NCBI GenBank assembly: GCA_963722385.1
Contig: CAVRKK010000002.1
Span: 416,001-480,000, forward strand
Direction of reading: 5' to 3'
DNA from: an uncultured bacterium
GTDB lineage: Bacteria > Babelota > Babeliae > Babelales > Babelaceae
DNA: 64,000 nucleotides
The first letter of the stretch is position 1, and the number at the start of each line of letters is the position of its first letter. A program made the position numbers and the translations under genes. Below the pieces are notes generated by a model. The model was given only the letters and a program-made list of their open reading frames with translations, searched no databases and was not told the origin of the DNA. Shown here in pieces: positions 1 to 10,223 of this stretch.

Positions 1-433
1 TATCGGCGTCTTCATCTTCCTTTTTATAAAATACCCCAGAACTGGCTGATTCAACGACTTCAAATGTGTTTACTGCTCTCGCCAACCACTCTATTTCTTG
101 TATTTTCCGCAGTAGCCATTCTGCAGCAGGAGTTATAGTAAGCGGAAGATTATACCTTATTGCTTTAATAATTATATAATCAATTAATCCAATTTCCCCT
201 GCTTGTACGGCTTCTAGCAAGTCGCTAGTTAAGTCTGAGGCATTTTCCTGAACATAATTTGCCTGTACGAGTGACGTACTATTTACTGTTGCATTTAAAG
301 AACTACCGCCAAGCTGATTGCTCACGATCCTTAAAATTCCCGCTAGACCATCTTCTGAATGTTCCATGGCTATATTAGAAAAATGTATAGCTATAGCAAC
401 ACAACCAACTATCTTCAACCATCCTTTAATCAT
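1..433 (-). CDS. Secreted hypothetical protein, 5' part only (runs off the window start)
   Basis: Manual translation from ATG at 433 (AAGGA upstream): MIKGWLKIVGCVAIAIHFSNIAMEHSEDG... is open to position 1. Signal peptide followed by ME. LLEAVQAGEIGLIDYII resembles a degenerate ankyrin helix. Confidence 0.7.
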   Translation of the reverse strand, partial: MIKGWLKIVGCVAIAIHFSNIAMEHSEDGLAGILRIVSNQLGGSSLNATVNSTSLVQANYVQENASDLTSDLLEAVQAGEIGLIDYIIIKAIRYNLPLTITPAAEWLLRKIQEIEWLARAVNTFEVVESASSGVFYKKEDEDAD

Positions 434-503
434 CTTTATATTCCTTTTTACTATGCATAATCAAACAGCTAACGATTCCATTAGAAAACAAGTTTTCTTT
501 ACA

Positions 504-1650
504 CAGGACTTCCTCAAAATCTCCAAAGATTTGATCTAGCTTGACTTTTGAGTAAAAAAATACTCTCCTAACGGTTGGAAAAAACCAAAAAAAGGAGAGT
601 ATTATGCTTACTAGTAGCACCATATTAACATACCCATTGCTTTTAATTTTGTCGAATGGCAAAAGAAGTTTTCAAAATTTAGGCAGATTAATTGCTAAAA
701 GTGGCGATACAATCAAGCGATACCTTCGGTCATCATCACTAAGCATGGAATTGATGGTGCAATTAGCGAATACTATGTTTTTGAAAAAGAGGCATTTGGT
801 TCTGGTAGTTGATGATACGTCAATCAGAAAAATCTATTCTCGCTTTATGGAGGGCTCTGGACGATTTTATGACACAAAAATTGGGCGATCAATTACTGCC
901 TATAGGCTAATTGCTGCAATAATAACTGACGGTAGGTTTGTAATGCCTATTAATTGCGCATTTATGTTTGCGAAAGAACTTGTATCAGAGTCTGGTAAGA
1001 TAAAATCGAAAGAAGATTTTTTTAAAGAGTTTGTAAAAAATGCAATAAAGGTGTTTCCCGATAAAAAAATTCGCGTAGCAGCTGATGGATTCTATTCATC
1101 GATTAACATTATAAAATGGTGTCTTGATAATAACATTGAATGCGAAATGCGAATGCACAAAAATCGAAGAGTTGAATACAATGGGAAAAGCGTTGTAATA
1201 AGTGAAATAAAAAAGCTAATTCCAGTTGGGAGGCAAATGGCGAAAACAATCAAAGTTATTTGGCATGAAATGCGCGTATACATCACTGCCGTCAAGCGTA
1301 TTGATAAACATAACATCGAAAGCATCGTATATCAGGTTTCGACATACCACGCTTCACCTGATGAACACGCACAAACTTATAAAAAAAGATGGGGCGTGGA
1401 AAAAGTTTTTCGCACTATTAAGCAATATTTAGGTCTGGAGGAGTGCTTTTCGAGAAAATTAGAATCGCACAGCGATCATGTGACTGCTGTCTTTGTGGCT
1501 TACTCAATAGCTCAGTTGGAAATGAGAAAAAGAAAATTAGATACCCCAGAAGACGCTCTTAGAGCTCTTAAGTTTAAAAAATACAATGCTCTAGAACATC
1601 GATTGTCTGCACTGCATCAAATCTTTAACGTTGCTCATGCGTAACTTCTG
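504..1650 (+). mobile_element. IS701/IS4-superfamily insertion sequence
   Basis: Transposase 604-1644 bounded by imperfect inverted ends CAGGACTTCCTCA (504) and TGCGTAACTTCTG (ends 1650; reverse complement CAGAAGTTACGCA). No target duplication visible. Confidence 0.7.
604..1644 (+). CDS. DDE transposase (IS701/IS4-like)
   Basis: VVDDT, AADGFY and YKKRWGVEKVFRTIKQYLG (Y-x2-R-x3-E-x6-K) motifs. Confidence 0.92.
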   Translation: MLTSSTILTYPLLLILSNGKRSFQNLGRLIAKSGDTIKRYLRSSSLSMELMVQLANTMFLKKRHLVLVVDDTSIRKIYSRFMEGSGRFYDTKIGRSITAYRLIAAIITDGRFVMPINCAFMFAKELVSESGKIKSKEDFFKEFVKNAIKVFPDKKIRVAADGFYSSINIIKWCLDNNIECEMRMHKNRRVEYNGKSVVISEIKKLIPVGRQMAKTIKVIWHEMRVYITAVKRIDKHNIESIVYQVSTYHASPDEHAQTYKKRWGVEKVFRTIKQYLGLEECFSRKLESHSDHVTAVFVAYSIAQLEMRKRKLDTPEDALRALKFKKYNALEHRLSALHQIFNVAHA

Positions 1651-1759
1651 GATATAATCCAAAAAACTAATATTTCTGTCTTCCATCTTGGTTCTCCCGG
1701 TTTTTTTTGAGAACCATTATATCTTAGTTTTTTAATTTTTTAAGTGAGCCGGCCCTGGA
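1651..1759 (-). mobile_element. Left-end remnant of an ISAs1-like element
   Basis: Minus strand reads CAGGGCCGGCTCACTTAA, then GATATAAT, GGAG and ATG for MEDRNISFLDYIQK, cut by the IS701-like end. The same terminal sequence recurs at 26876. Confidence 0.55.
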
Positions 1760-2023
1760 AAAAGCATGGATAAGCTCCACTCAGTTTCGAACCAAGCTTA
1801 AAAGGGGCCTTTTCAGGACAGCAAAACAACGCTTAGAACTAGAAGAAGATTGTCAATCAAGAAAACTCAATCTTCAAAAATCATGTCATGAACGTGTTCT
1901 TTGTTTCAGCTTTACTTATTCTTTACGATTCAATATGTGGTCAAAAAAGGAACCCTCGCATTGGATATTAAGCTCGCCTAATCATATTTCTCGAAAGTAT
2001 TTGATTAGATAAGCTCTCTCAGG

Positions 2024-2665
2024 TTATCTAACTATTTCTTCTCCAAAGGCTGTTAATATATCGCCGAGCTGATCTATAGCAAGTGCCGATGGGGCGGAAT
2101 GACCACTTAAGATATCTTTCCAGGTTCTAATACAGTCATCTAAGGATCCTATGGTATAAGGGGGGCACTCCATTCCTATATATTCATTTTTGAGAGCGAT
2201 CTTAACGTAACGGGGATCCTCAAAAGATATCTCTGAATAACCATCCATCTCGAGAAACCTAATAACAAGTTTGCATATTTCTTGGAGTTCGTTCAGGGTT
2301 AATAGGGGAGGAGACACCTGGCGAGATGCAGTATTTTTAAGAGGAGCTGGATTATCAAGTTTATCTGATACTTGACCAAAAGCTGTTAAAATACCTCCAA
2401 GGTCGCTTATTTGCACCCCGCATATCCCATATATACCATCTTCATCACTTAACGTGTTTTTCCAGACTTCAAAATCATGGTCTAAAGAACCCAACATAAT
2501 GGGGGGACATTTTAAAAAACTAGGGTTATCAAAATCTAAATCATCTCGAGACACTTGAGGATAAAAATCCTCAGCAGCGAAAGAAATCTGATTGATATTT
2601 TGTTGCCTAAAATACTGTATAACTATATCAAGAATATGCTGCAATTCTTCAATCGTTAGCTTCAC
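2024..2665 (-). CDS. Putative immunity protein with two tandem homologous domains
   Basis: Starts 1 nt after the toxin stop. Internal repeat LT..EL..I....I.Y/F......ISF...Y...CPP...GSLD....WK..LS......LG.ILTAFG. Paralogous to 58986-59615. Confidence 0.7.
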   Translation of the reverse strand: MKLTIEELQHILDIVIQYFRQQNINQISFAAEDFYPQVSRDDLDFDNPSFLKCPPIMLGSLDHDFEVWKNTLSDEDGIYGICGVQISDLGGILTAFGQVSDKLDNPAPLKNTASRQVSPPLLTLNELQEICKLVIRFLEMDGYSEISFEDPRYVKIALKNEYIGMECPPYTIGSLDDCIRTWKDILSGHSAPSALAIDQLGDILTAFGEEIVR

Positions 2666-2666
2666 G

Positions 2667-3860
2667 CTACCCTCTTCGAGCTAATTCATCAACCGCTTCT
2701 TGAATCTGACCTTGAAAGCCCTTGATCTGTTTGCCTAATTTATCAATTCGTTCTCTAATTATCTTTGTCCTGACTTCTTCTGAACATGCATTTTTTAAAA
2801 GTCCCGCGTTATCGCCTTCATAAGGATTCTTTTTATATGCTTCCAATTTTTCTTCATGCTCTTTCATGACTTTTTGAAAACTACGTATTGATCTTCCAAG
2901 TTCTAACTTAGACTGTTGGCTTAAATTTGTTTGCTTGGGAGGTTGCGTTGTATATTGGTTTCTTTTTCTTCTTGGGTCATTTTCAGGATCTTCACCACCT
3001 GCAGCGGTGCCAGCAAATGATTGCGAAGCATTTTCCTCGGCATACTCATATTCTTCGCCCTCTGACTCATCGGCCGTTGATTCGTCATTGTCAAATCCGG
3101 AATAAGTATTTTGAGATGATCCCGCAAAATTTTCATGATGGTATTCAGGCTTTTTATTGAATTGCTGGCCAAACCTGTCAGCATCAAACTCGGCATACGG
3201 TCCATTTTTTGCTTCTTCACCTGACATGAAATATCCAAAGCCCAGGCCGGCCAGACCAAGAATGCCTACACCGATTCCTATATTCCAAGAAAGAGTTCCG
3301 GTAGCCACGGAACCACCAAACAACCAGGCTACACGCACAACGACCGAAGGCGCTGGCATATAATTGTGCACCAGAATACTATGCTTGCCAACGAAAAAAT
3401 TATGCCAGTTCTCTATCTCAAGTGACATTAAATGGCGTCTACTATTAGAAAAAACCCAAATGCCATTACAACGCATGAGCCCATGCGTACTGCTCACTAA
3501 TATATCATCCCGAGATAAACTATGAGCCTCTACCCAGCGGTTACGGCTGGCAGAATAAAATTTTTGCTGGTAGCCACAGTGAATCATCTCAACGGTTTCT
3601 CGTGTTTTAAAGTCTTCTACAATAACAGCGACGGTGAGTGAAAGCTCAGTATCCATATGTCTCTTGATAACGCTGCTTCTACGAATGTCCCTAAAGTCAA
3701 AGCACATTATGGTATGGCTGTACCCCAGCTCCTCGATTGGTCGAGACCCCGCTATTGTTTGCACGAGTGTCTCACGAGGAAAGCCGTGATTTGCCAAAAG
3801 CGAAGAAAACAGTAACGTAAACGAGAAGACAACGTTAAGCTTTTTGAAAAGAGTACGCAT
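2667..3860 (-). CDS. Secreted Hint-domain polymorphic-toxin-like protein
   Basis: Signal peptide; Hint domain GFPRETLV...HNFFVGKHSILVHN; Gly-rich hydrophobic segment; acidic linker; helical basic C-terminal tip. Confidence 0.8.
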   Translation of the reverse strand: MRTLFKKLNVVFSFTLLFSSLLANHGFPRETLVQTIAGSRPIEELGYSHTIMCFDFRDIRRSSVIKRHMDTELSLTVAVIVEDFKTRETVEMIHCGYQQKFYSASRNRWVEAHSLSRDDILVSSTHGLMRCNGIWVFSNSRRHLMSLEIENWHNFFVGKHSILVHNYMPAPSVVVRVAWLFGGSVATGTLSWNIGIGVGILGLAGLGFGYFMSGEEAKNGPYAEFDADRFGQQFNKKPEYHHENFAGSSQNTYSGFDNDESTADESEGEEYEYAEENASQSFAGTAAGGEDPENDPRRKRNQYTTQPPKQTNLSQQSKLELGRSIRSFQKVMKEHEEKLEAYKKNPYEGDNAGLLKNACSEEVRTKIIRERIDKLGKQIKGFQGQIQEAVDELARRG

Positions 3861-3991
3861 GATCCAGCCCTTTAAAAATTTATGCAGCCCTATTTGTAAA
3901 GAGCGAAGATTTCACAACAGCTGGCACACCAAGCAGCTTACTCTCAGCAGAGAGCGCGACCGATAAATTAAGGAAAAAGATTTTAAGTTAG

Positions 3992-5758
3992 CTATTCAAT
4001 TGCTTTAATGCAATAATTGGTATCCTCACTAGATAGAGTGCTTGAGCTTATATATTCCTTTAGCAATGGCTTGACTAAGCTATTAATATCAGAAGGATTT
4101 AGCTGATGGATTATTAATACAAGTTGCTTATCAAATAGTGCTTTTGTTGCGTCAGTGGATTGGGTAAGTAATTGAGGTAAGAGCCATGTTTGCATATCAT
4201 CGTTGGCAAATGCCATGGAGAGAGTAATAAAAAAATACTGATCTTCATTAAAGTGATACTTCTTGTTAGTTGATGCCTGAACTCTTTCAAGTACTTGAGA
4301 AATAAGGGCATAGGTATCTCGATTCATAGGCAAAATACTCAGCGCATGAGTAATGGTGTGGCTTAGTAAGGCAGGATTTTGCTCATATAACAACACGTCA
4401 GTTATACATTTTTGAGCACTTACTATACTGTTAATTGCTAAAGTACCAGGCTTATCTATAGCTTCAAAAGCATGAGAAAGCGCTGAGCGTGTAATTGCAG
4501 AAATTAACTTTTGTTTTTTCTGCATATTAGTTTCTTGGTAAAAATCAGCAATAAAAGCAGGAATAAGCTCATAAGCGCCGTAGGTACTCAAAATATCTGT
4601 AATAACGGCAAAATTTTGCTCGTTGCTGTATTTCGTCTGCTGCCATACGTTCTGTAGCTTTACTATGCGGGGAATAGTGCTATCATGTAGGTCCTTTATG
4701 ATCTCATCTTCTAACAAACTATATTCCTGGAATAGACCGGTTTCTTCCTCAAGAGTCGTTGCATTAGGGCGGTGGAATAAGAACCTACTGAACGTAGATC
4801 GTGGTAATACAATACCTGGTGGATATACATTAAATCCTTTAAGATAGCAGAAATTAACAAACGTATCACAGCGAAACATTCCTCTAATGATACCTCTTTC
4901 TATTACCAATTGATTTTGGGATTCATCGTAAACAGGCCTTGGAATATAACGACCTTCTATCCATTGAGCTGTTGGGGTATATTCTGGATTAAACTGTATT
5001 TGATTCACTCCTGCTTGAAAAGCACTGGTTGCCTTATCAGCTTCAACTATTTGTTCCTCTTCAAGGCCATAGACTGCCCCCCAGTATGGGCTTATAGTTT
5101 TAAACGTAGTTAGCGGATTAAGTTGAATAACTGGTCTTTCGTTTAATACTTCAAGGACAAAAGCTGCTTCATCGGTCAAATTACTCTTAATCAATCCAAT
5201 ATGCCCGACCCAACCAAAATTAGGGATATTAAAATCTCGGCCCACAACATCTGCCATACAGACCCCTGGCTCTGTTGAACAAAAACTCCCGTATTCAGAG
5301 TTTTTGATGGCTGTTGCTTTTGGACAACGATAGGTAGGCTGCGTAAGTAAGGTAGCTTGATCAATTTCGTGATTGTTATTATCTAAGCAAAAAAACATCC
5401 AATAGGCTACTTGGGGCGAGTCAGGGTGAGCTCGCAATATCTCATAATAGCCAGTTGGGGAAATTGGAAAATCATCAGGCACCATAGGTGCCGTGACCGG
5501 CCCGCGATTTAACCATTGGCAGTCTTTATGTTGAGGTAAATGTGCAATAAAATCTTCAACAATGACATCTTTGTTAGAAGCTTTAAGGTGATATTGAAAG
5601 TGAGGGATCCAACAACTATCACGCTTAATATCCTCTGTTCGATCATACCACTCATTGGCAAATTCAGGTAAGACCTTTTTGCTCAATAAGTCAAGAGATG
5701 TGGCGAGGGTTGAAAGAAATATTAAAATGATTTTTTTGGAAAAAACAAATTTCATCAC
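3992..5758 (-). CDS. Secreted protein with permuted NlpC/P60 (papain-like) domain and helical C-terminus
   Basis: Signal peptide; GWVGHIGL precedes FRCDTFV (His-before-Cys order). Confidence 0.55.
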   Translation of the reverse strand: MMKFVFSKKIILIFLSTLATSLDLLSKKVLPEFANEWYDRTEDIKRDSCWIPHFQYHLKASNKDVIVEDFIAHLPQHKDCQWLNRGPVTAPMVPDDFPISPTGYYEILRAHPDSPQVAYWMFFCLDNNNHEIDQATLLTQPTYRCPKATAIKNSEYGSFCSTEPGVCMADVVGRDFNIPNFGWVGHIGLIKSNLTDEAAFVLEVLNERPVIQLNPLTTFKTISPYWGAVYGLEEEQIVEADKATSAFQAGVNQIQFNPEYTPTAQWIEGRYIPRPVYDESQNQLVIERGIIRGMFRCDTFVNFCYLKGFNVYPPGIVLPRSTFSRFLFHRPNATTLEEETGLFQEYSLLEDEIIKDLHDSTIPRIVKLQNVWQQTKYSNEQNFAVITDILSTYGAYELIPAFIADFYQETNMQKKQKLISAITRSALSHAFEAIDKPGTLAINSIVSAQKCITDVLLYEQNPALLSHTITHALSILPMNRDTYALISQVLERVQASTNKKYHFNEDQYFFITLSMAFANDDMQTWLLPQLLTQSTDATKALFDKQLVLIIHQLNPSDINSLVKPLLKEYISSSTLSSEDTNYCIKAIE

Positions 5759-5953
5759 TAAGCTCCTTTCTATACTTGCACCAAGAAATCTTTATAGGTT
5801 ATCGCAGATAACAAGATTAAACAAGAAATTTCTTCAAGAGGGGTGTAATTAAATCTGTTAGTTGAGTTAACAAGGGGTAGAGAAAGATTAAGAAGCAGTC
5901 TTCAAATTTTAAAATAATGATGTAAAATATAGACTCTGAAGGTAAAAAAGGAG

Positions 5954-6163
5954 ATGGAGTCTATGTATCCAAGTAGTATAAGCATAAGTGAATGGGAAAT
6001 AATCAAGTATTTATTTAAGCCGAGCAGTCCGAGGGGACGCAAACCAGTGCATGATAAAATGGATCTTTTAAATGCAGTGCTATATGTAGTAAAAGGTGGC
6101 ATCCCATGGCGAATGATGCCGACGGATTTCCCGCCATGGAAAACAGTTTATAACAGCACTTGA
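5954..6163 (+). pseudogene. IS5-family transposase N-terminal fragment
   Basis: YPSSISISEW...LNAVLYVVKGGIPWRMMPTDFPPWKTVY; truncated. Confidence 0.9.
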
Positions 6164-6215
6164 TTTAGAAAGCGAGTATGAAATACACACAATTCTCACG
6201 GGGTCGCCCGTAACA

Positions 6216-6355
6216 TGCACCAAAATTATCATTGCTCATCACCTAAAAACAGTTGCCTTAGCCGACAAAATTGTAGTTCTCAATCACGGGGCCATTGAAG
6301 AGGTAGGCAGTCATCAGGTATTATTAGAAAATAAAAGATTATACTATCATTATGG
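6216..6355 (+). pseudogene. C-terminal remnant of an ABC transporter ATPase
   Basis: Manual translation TKIIIAHHLKTVALADKIVVLNHGAIEEVGSHQVLLENKRLY matches the H-loop and tail of ABCB-type exporters. Confidence 0.75.
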
Positions 6356-6363
6356 AATACACC

Positions 6364-8514
6364 ATGAGACTACGAAATTCTTTATTATATGCTTTGCTCG
6401 CGCTTTTCCCAATAAGTAACCAACCAGCTATTTTTGAAAAAATTGCCCAAGAAAACCTTGGCTCAATTATTCCTGAATTTAAAAATGAGCGTACCACCTT
6501 TGAAAGTAGTAGTGAGTACGTTGAAGCACAATTTAACAAATTACTCAATCTTTCATGTTTAGATAAAAGAAGTGCCGTCTTCTCTCTACTCATAGATTAT
6601 GAAAAAAAATCATGATTATCATGATCATGCTCTTGATACCGTCATAGATTACACAACCTGGCAAGACCTCCATCTAGTCAAAGGTACAAAGGCTAGCCCT
6701 GAGACTTACTTAGCAGCAAAAATTGACCGGACCAGCACTGAGATAGGAAAAGTAATATTGTTTAGTATGGTTGCGCAGCCCGCTCTAAAAGAGCTCCCTC
6801 AAAAACAAGCTATCGTGCGAGAACTCGTCAAGTCTCCAGCATTGTTTAATCAACTCGACGAGTTACTAAAAAACTTAAGCGATAAGGAAACGCTTGTTTT
6901 ATCGCTTTTTCAAACAGAGGCTTTTCATTACCTTATAAAGAGCAAAGAGATTAAGATTCCTTGGGCTTCAGGCCTCGAGGACGTGCTCAATAGAAGTAGC
7001 GTGCTCGCTGATGTTAACGAAAGACTTGCGCTGTTAAGAGATGTCTTGCTGACAGGTTCTCAGCTCGGCGCCACCGTTGTCTTGCCCCTCCAGGGTATCG
7101 CTTTAATGGCGAAGTATACACAGAAAACAGGCGATCTCAAGGATTTCGCGCTTAACAGATTGGGAATGTCTCCGGTTATGAGCTTTTTTACTACCTTGGG
7201 ACTACCAACATGGCTTTTAAAACAGGTTGTCTGGAATCGCTGGACTGAAGGAGCTAATAGCATAGCTACCGGCTTTAACTATGGTTCTTTTTGTTACTAT
7301 AGCATTGATATGTTACAAGCGAATATAGTCCTGTTACGATACTTACAAAATATGCTTGCCAACTTTGCGCGTTATATTGAAGCAATGCAATCACTCGAAA
7401 AACTAGTAAGTAGTAATCCTACACTAAAGAAAAATCTTCCCATAATCGATGCTATTCGCCATGTCTTTACTACCACACCGGCGACTTGCCCCGAGTTTCA
7501 GGAATTTCTTGATCTGATGCAAACAAGCACTTTTACGGATGAGTTTTCATTCACCTCATATCTCGGCAGGATTTTGGTAGCCTACCGGCTCGCCCATGAG
7601 CATAAGGAAAAGTTTGTACCAGCACTGATTGCGCTTGGTTATCTTGATGCCTGCATGTCTATTGCTCGCTTATATAAAGAAGGAGAAGGTAAAACAGCCA
7701 GCTGGTGCTTTGCTCACTGTAAAGAGGATAGTGACACACCAATACTTCAAGCCACCGGTTTCTGGAACCCTTTTGTCAATCCTAAAACTGCCGTTACAAA
7801 CTCAATTTCTATGGGTACCAATGGCAACCCACGAACACTGCTTTTGACAGGGCCTAATGCGGGAGGAAAATCAACAGCAATAATAGCCCTGGTTATCTGT
7901 GCTATTCTGGGACTTGGTATTGGATTAGCTCCGGCGCTAGAATTTGTATGCTCCCGTCTCATGCAAATTATGACGTGCTTAAACATTATTGACGACATAG
8001 CTGCAGGCAATTCACATTTCAAAGCCGGCGTACTACGAGCTCAGGAATTGGTAAACATGCCAAAAAATCTTAAAGAGAATGAGTTTTGTCTCACCGCTGT
8101 TGATGAGATATTTAATGATACTACGTATGATGAGGGCGAAGCTGCTGCCTATAGCCTTATCGACACGCTCGGCCGCCACCCCAACAACCTTTGTCTTACC
8201 GCTACCCATTTCCCCATTATCACTACCCTCGAAGAGGAGACAAAAGGTCATTACTTTAAAAACTAAAAGTCTCTGTTATGTATGATAAAGACGGCAAAAT
8301 CTTATACCCTTTTAAAATAGAGCCCGGGATCGCCAATCAAACTGTTGCTCTCAATATACTGAAGCAAGAAGGTTTTGATATCTCCTTTCTTGCCAAAGCT
8401 TATACCATACTGGCTAAGAAAAGAGAATCTGCTCACCCTTTGCCTACAATATACGAAAATATGGGTTCTATCCCTTCTCAAGAATTAGCCGTTTTGAGCT
8501 CAGACTTGATCTGA
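6364..8514 (+). pseudogene. MutS-domain-V-related ATPase with signal peptide, split by two frameshifts
   Basis: Walker A TGPNAGGKST, SHFKA, VDEIFNDT, ATHF, YPFKIEPG. ORFs 6352-6615, 6599-8266 and 8278-8514 join with a +1 in the A8 run (6602-6609) and a -1 near 8263. Confidence 0.8.
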
Positions 8515-8533
8515 TAGCTTTGCTTGAGAGCAG

Positions 8534-9439
8534 CTATTCTATACTTTTTCGCTTAATTATATTTTTTACCTTAAAAAAGTCTTCCCAAACGTTGCCAACG
8601 CTTTGGATGCGCTCAAAAATGTTACTGATGTTATAACTTTGAGATTGGAGCTTTGTATCACTACTTACTTCCTGCCAGGTGATCGGCGTTGCTATCGGTG
8701 CTTTTGGCAGTCCCCTTACGCCATAAGGTGACACTGCCAGATGGCCATAGGTATTGCGCATCGCGTCGATAAATAAGCGCCCCTCACGTGCTTCTTTGCG
8801 TATATCAACCGTGAGCATATCGGGATGCTTGCTCGCAAGATATGCAGCAATCCCGTGGGAATACGTATGAACAAACGCAAAGTTACGGGTTCTTCGTAAG
8901 GGAACCGTAACATGAATTCCACGCGAACCCGTGGTCATGGGGAAAGCAATGAAGCCTAACTCATCAAGCAAGCCTTTGATAAGTAAAGCCGTTTTTTTAA
9001 TCGTCTCAAAGGTGGTCTTTTCGCCGGGATCAAGATCAAAAATCATACGATCAGGGTAATTGAGCTTATCTGCTCTGCTGAGCCATAAGTGGGGCGTTAT
9101 GCACGCCTGGTAAGCGAGATACACAAGAGTTTCAACATTTTGGCACAAAACGTAAGACGTAACGCTACCATCTCTATTGGTAATGGGTGCCCGCTTTATC
9201 CAATCGGGAAAATAATCGGGCGTATTTTTTTGATAGAAGCTCTCGCCCTTTATGCCATCAGGATAACGCAGCATTGCCACCGGATGACCTTTCATCAAAG
9301 GAAGCATAAGTGGCGCAATACGCTGGTAATAGCTTGCGAGATCCTGTTTGGTTATGCCATCACCAGGAAAAAGGATCTTTGTTTTGTTGGTCATCCATTT
9401 GGCATCAAGGCGTGAAGAACTCATGCTTTTCCTTATCAT
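8534..9439 (-). CDS. ligD: Stand-alone LigD polymerase (primase-polymerase) domain
   Basis: ITKQDLASYY, RYPDGI...FYQKN, FDLDP, TGSRGIHV, SPYGVR, PIATPITW. Confidence 0.9.
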   Translation of the reverse strand: MIRKSMSSSRLDAKWMTNKTKILFPGDGITKQDLASYYQRIAPLMLPLMKGHPVAMLRYPDGIKGESFYQKNTPDYFPDWIKRAPITNRDGSVTSYVLCQNVETLVYLAYQACITPHLWLSRADKLNYPDRMIFDLDPGEKTTFETIKKTALLIKGLLDELGFIAFPMTTGSRGIHVTVPLRRTRNFAFVHTYSHGIAAYLASKHPDMLTVDIRKEAREGRLFIDAMRNTYGHLAVSPYGVRGLPKAPIATPITWQEVSSDTKLQSQSYNISNIFERIQSVGNVWEDFFKVKNIIKRKSIE

Positions 9440-10041
9440 GTCTCTCTTCGATAAGCTCTAAGACTAATAGCAACAACAAGCGCCAGAGCAATTAAAAGAG
9501 CAAGAAGCTTGAGCACATTGCTTAAAATATCCCATGCAAAGACATAGCCGGTAATAAGCGTAATGACGCCACCAAAAATAAGCCCGGGTTGCAGAGGGAA
9601 AATTGCCACGAGATAGCCTACCAAGAGTGCAAGCACCCCAGCAGCCAACGTAATATATGTTTGCGTTTTTCTCGGCTTTAAACTCGCATCCTTCAATGCT
9701 TTGTCACGCGCTTGGCGCGTGTGCAATAAAGCACTTTGCGTGGCTTCACGTTGATGCTCAAGGGCTTCTATCTCAGAATGAATTCCTGCCTTTTCCTCAG
9801 GGGTTGCTTTTGCCAAGGAACCGCGTAAGCTTGCTATTTTGCGGTAGATATCCGCAATTTTTCCATCAACATCCCGGCAATGCATATTATCAACCTGACA
9901 AGGGAAATCCTCGAACTGCGGCATAGGTGCTATAACATCAGCAATTTTATTGGTCGTAAGCGGAATAAGGAGTGCAAGAGCAAAAATGACAACAAGATCC
10001 CGAATAAGATGCTGGCTTGATGATAACATGCGGCTATCCAT
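9436..10041 (-). CDS. Membrane protein with coiled-coil loop
   Basis: One N-terminal and three C-terminal hydrophobic helices; 4-nt overlap with the ligD-POL start. Confidence 0.75.
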   Translation of the reverse strand: MDSRMLSSSQHLIRDLVVIFALALLIPLTTNKIADVIAPMPQFEDFPCQVDNMHCRDVDGKIADIYRKIASLRGSLAKATPEEKAGIHSEIEALEHQREATQSALLHTRQARDKALKDASLKPRKTQTYITLAAGVLALLVGYLVAIFPLQPGLIFGGVITLITGYVFAWDILSNVLKLLALLIALALVVAISLRAYRRET

Positions 10042-10223
10042 AAAACAACCCCTTTTTACGCGTAAGTATAGGCTCTAACGATATTGTAGAGAAGTATATA
10101 TAAAAAAAATGAATCAAGACAAGAGTAGAAACATACGCACATTGCAAAATTATTGACAAACTGTAACTGCAGAGACTAGACTAAATTATGATATTTCAAA
10201 ATAATGCTTAAACTGGTGAGGAT

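Noticed and set aside
2667..3860. Self-splicing intein
   Set aside because: No N-terminal Cys/Ser, Tyr at C+1, and no conserved host protein.
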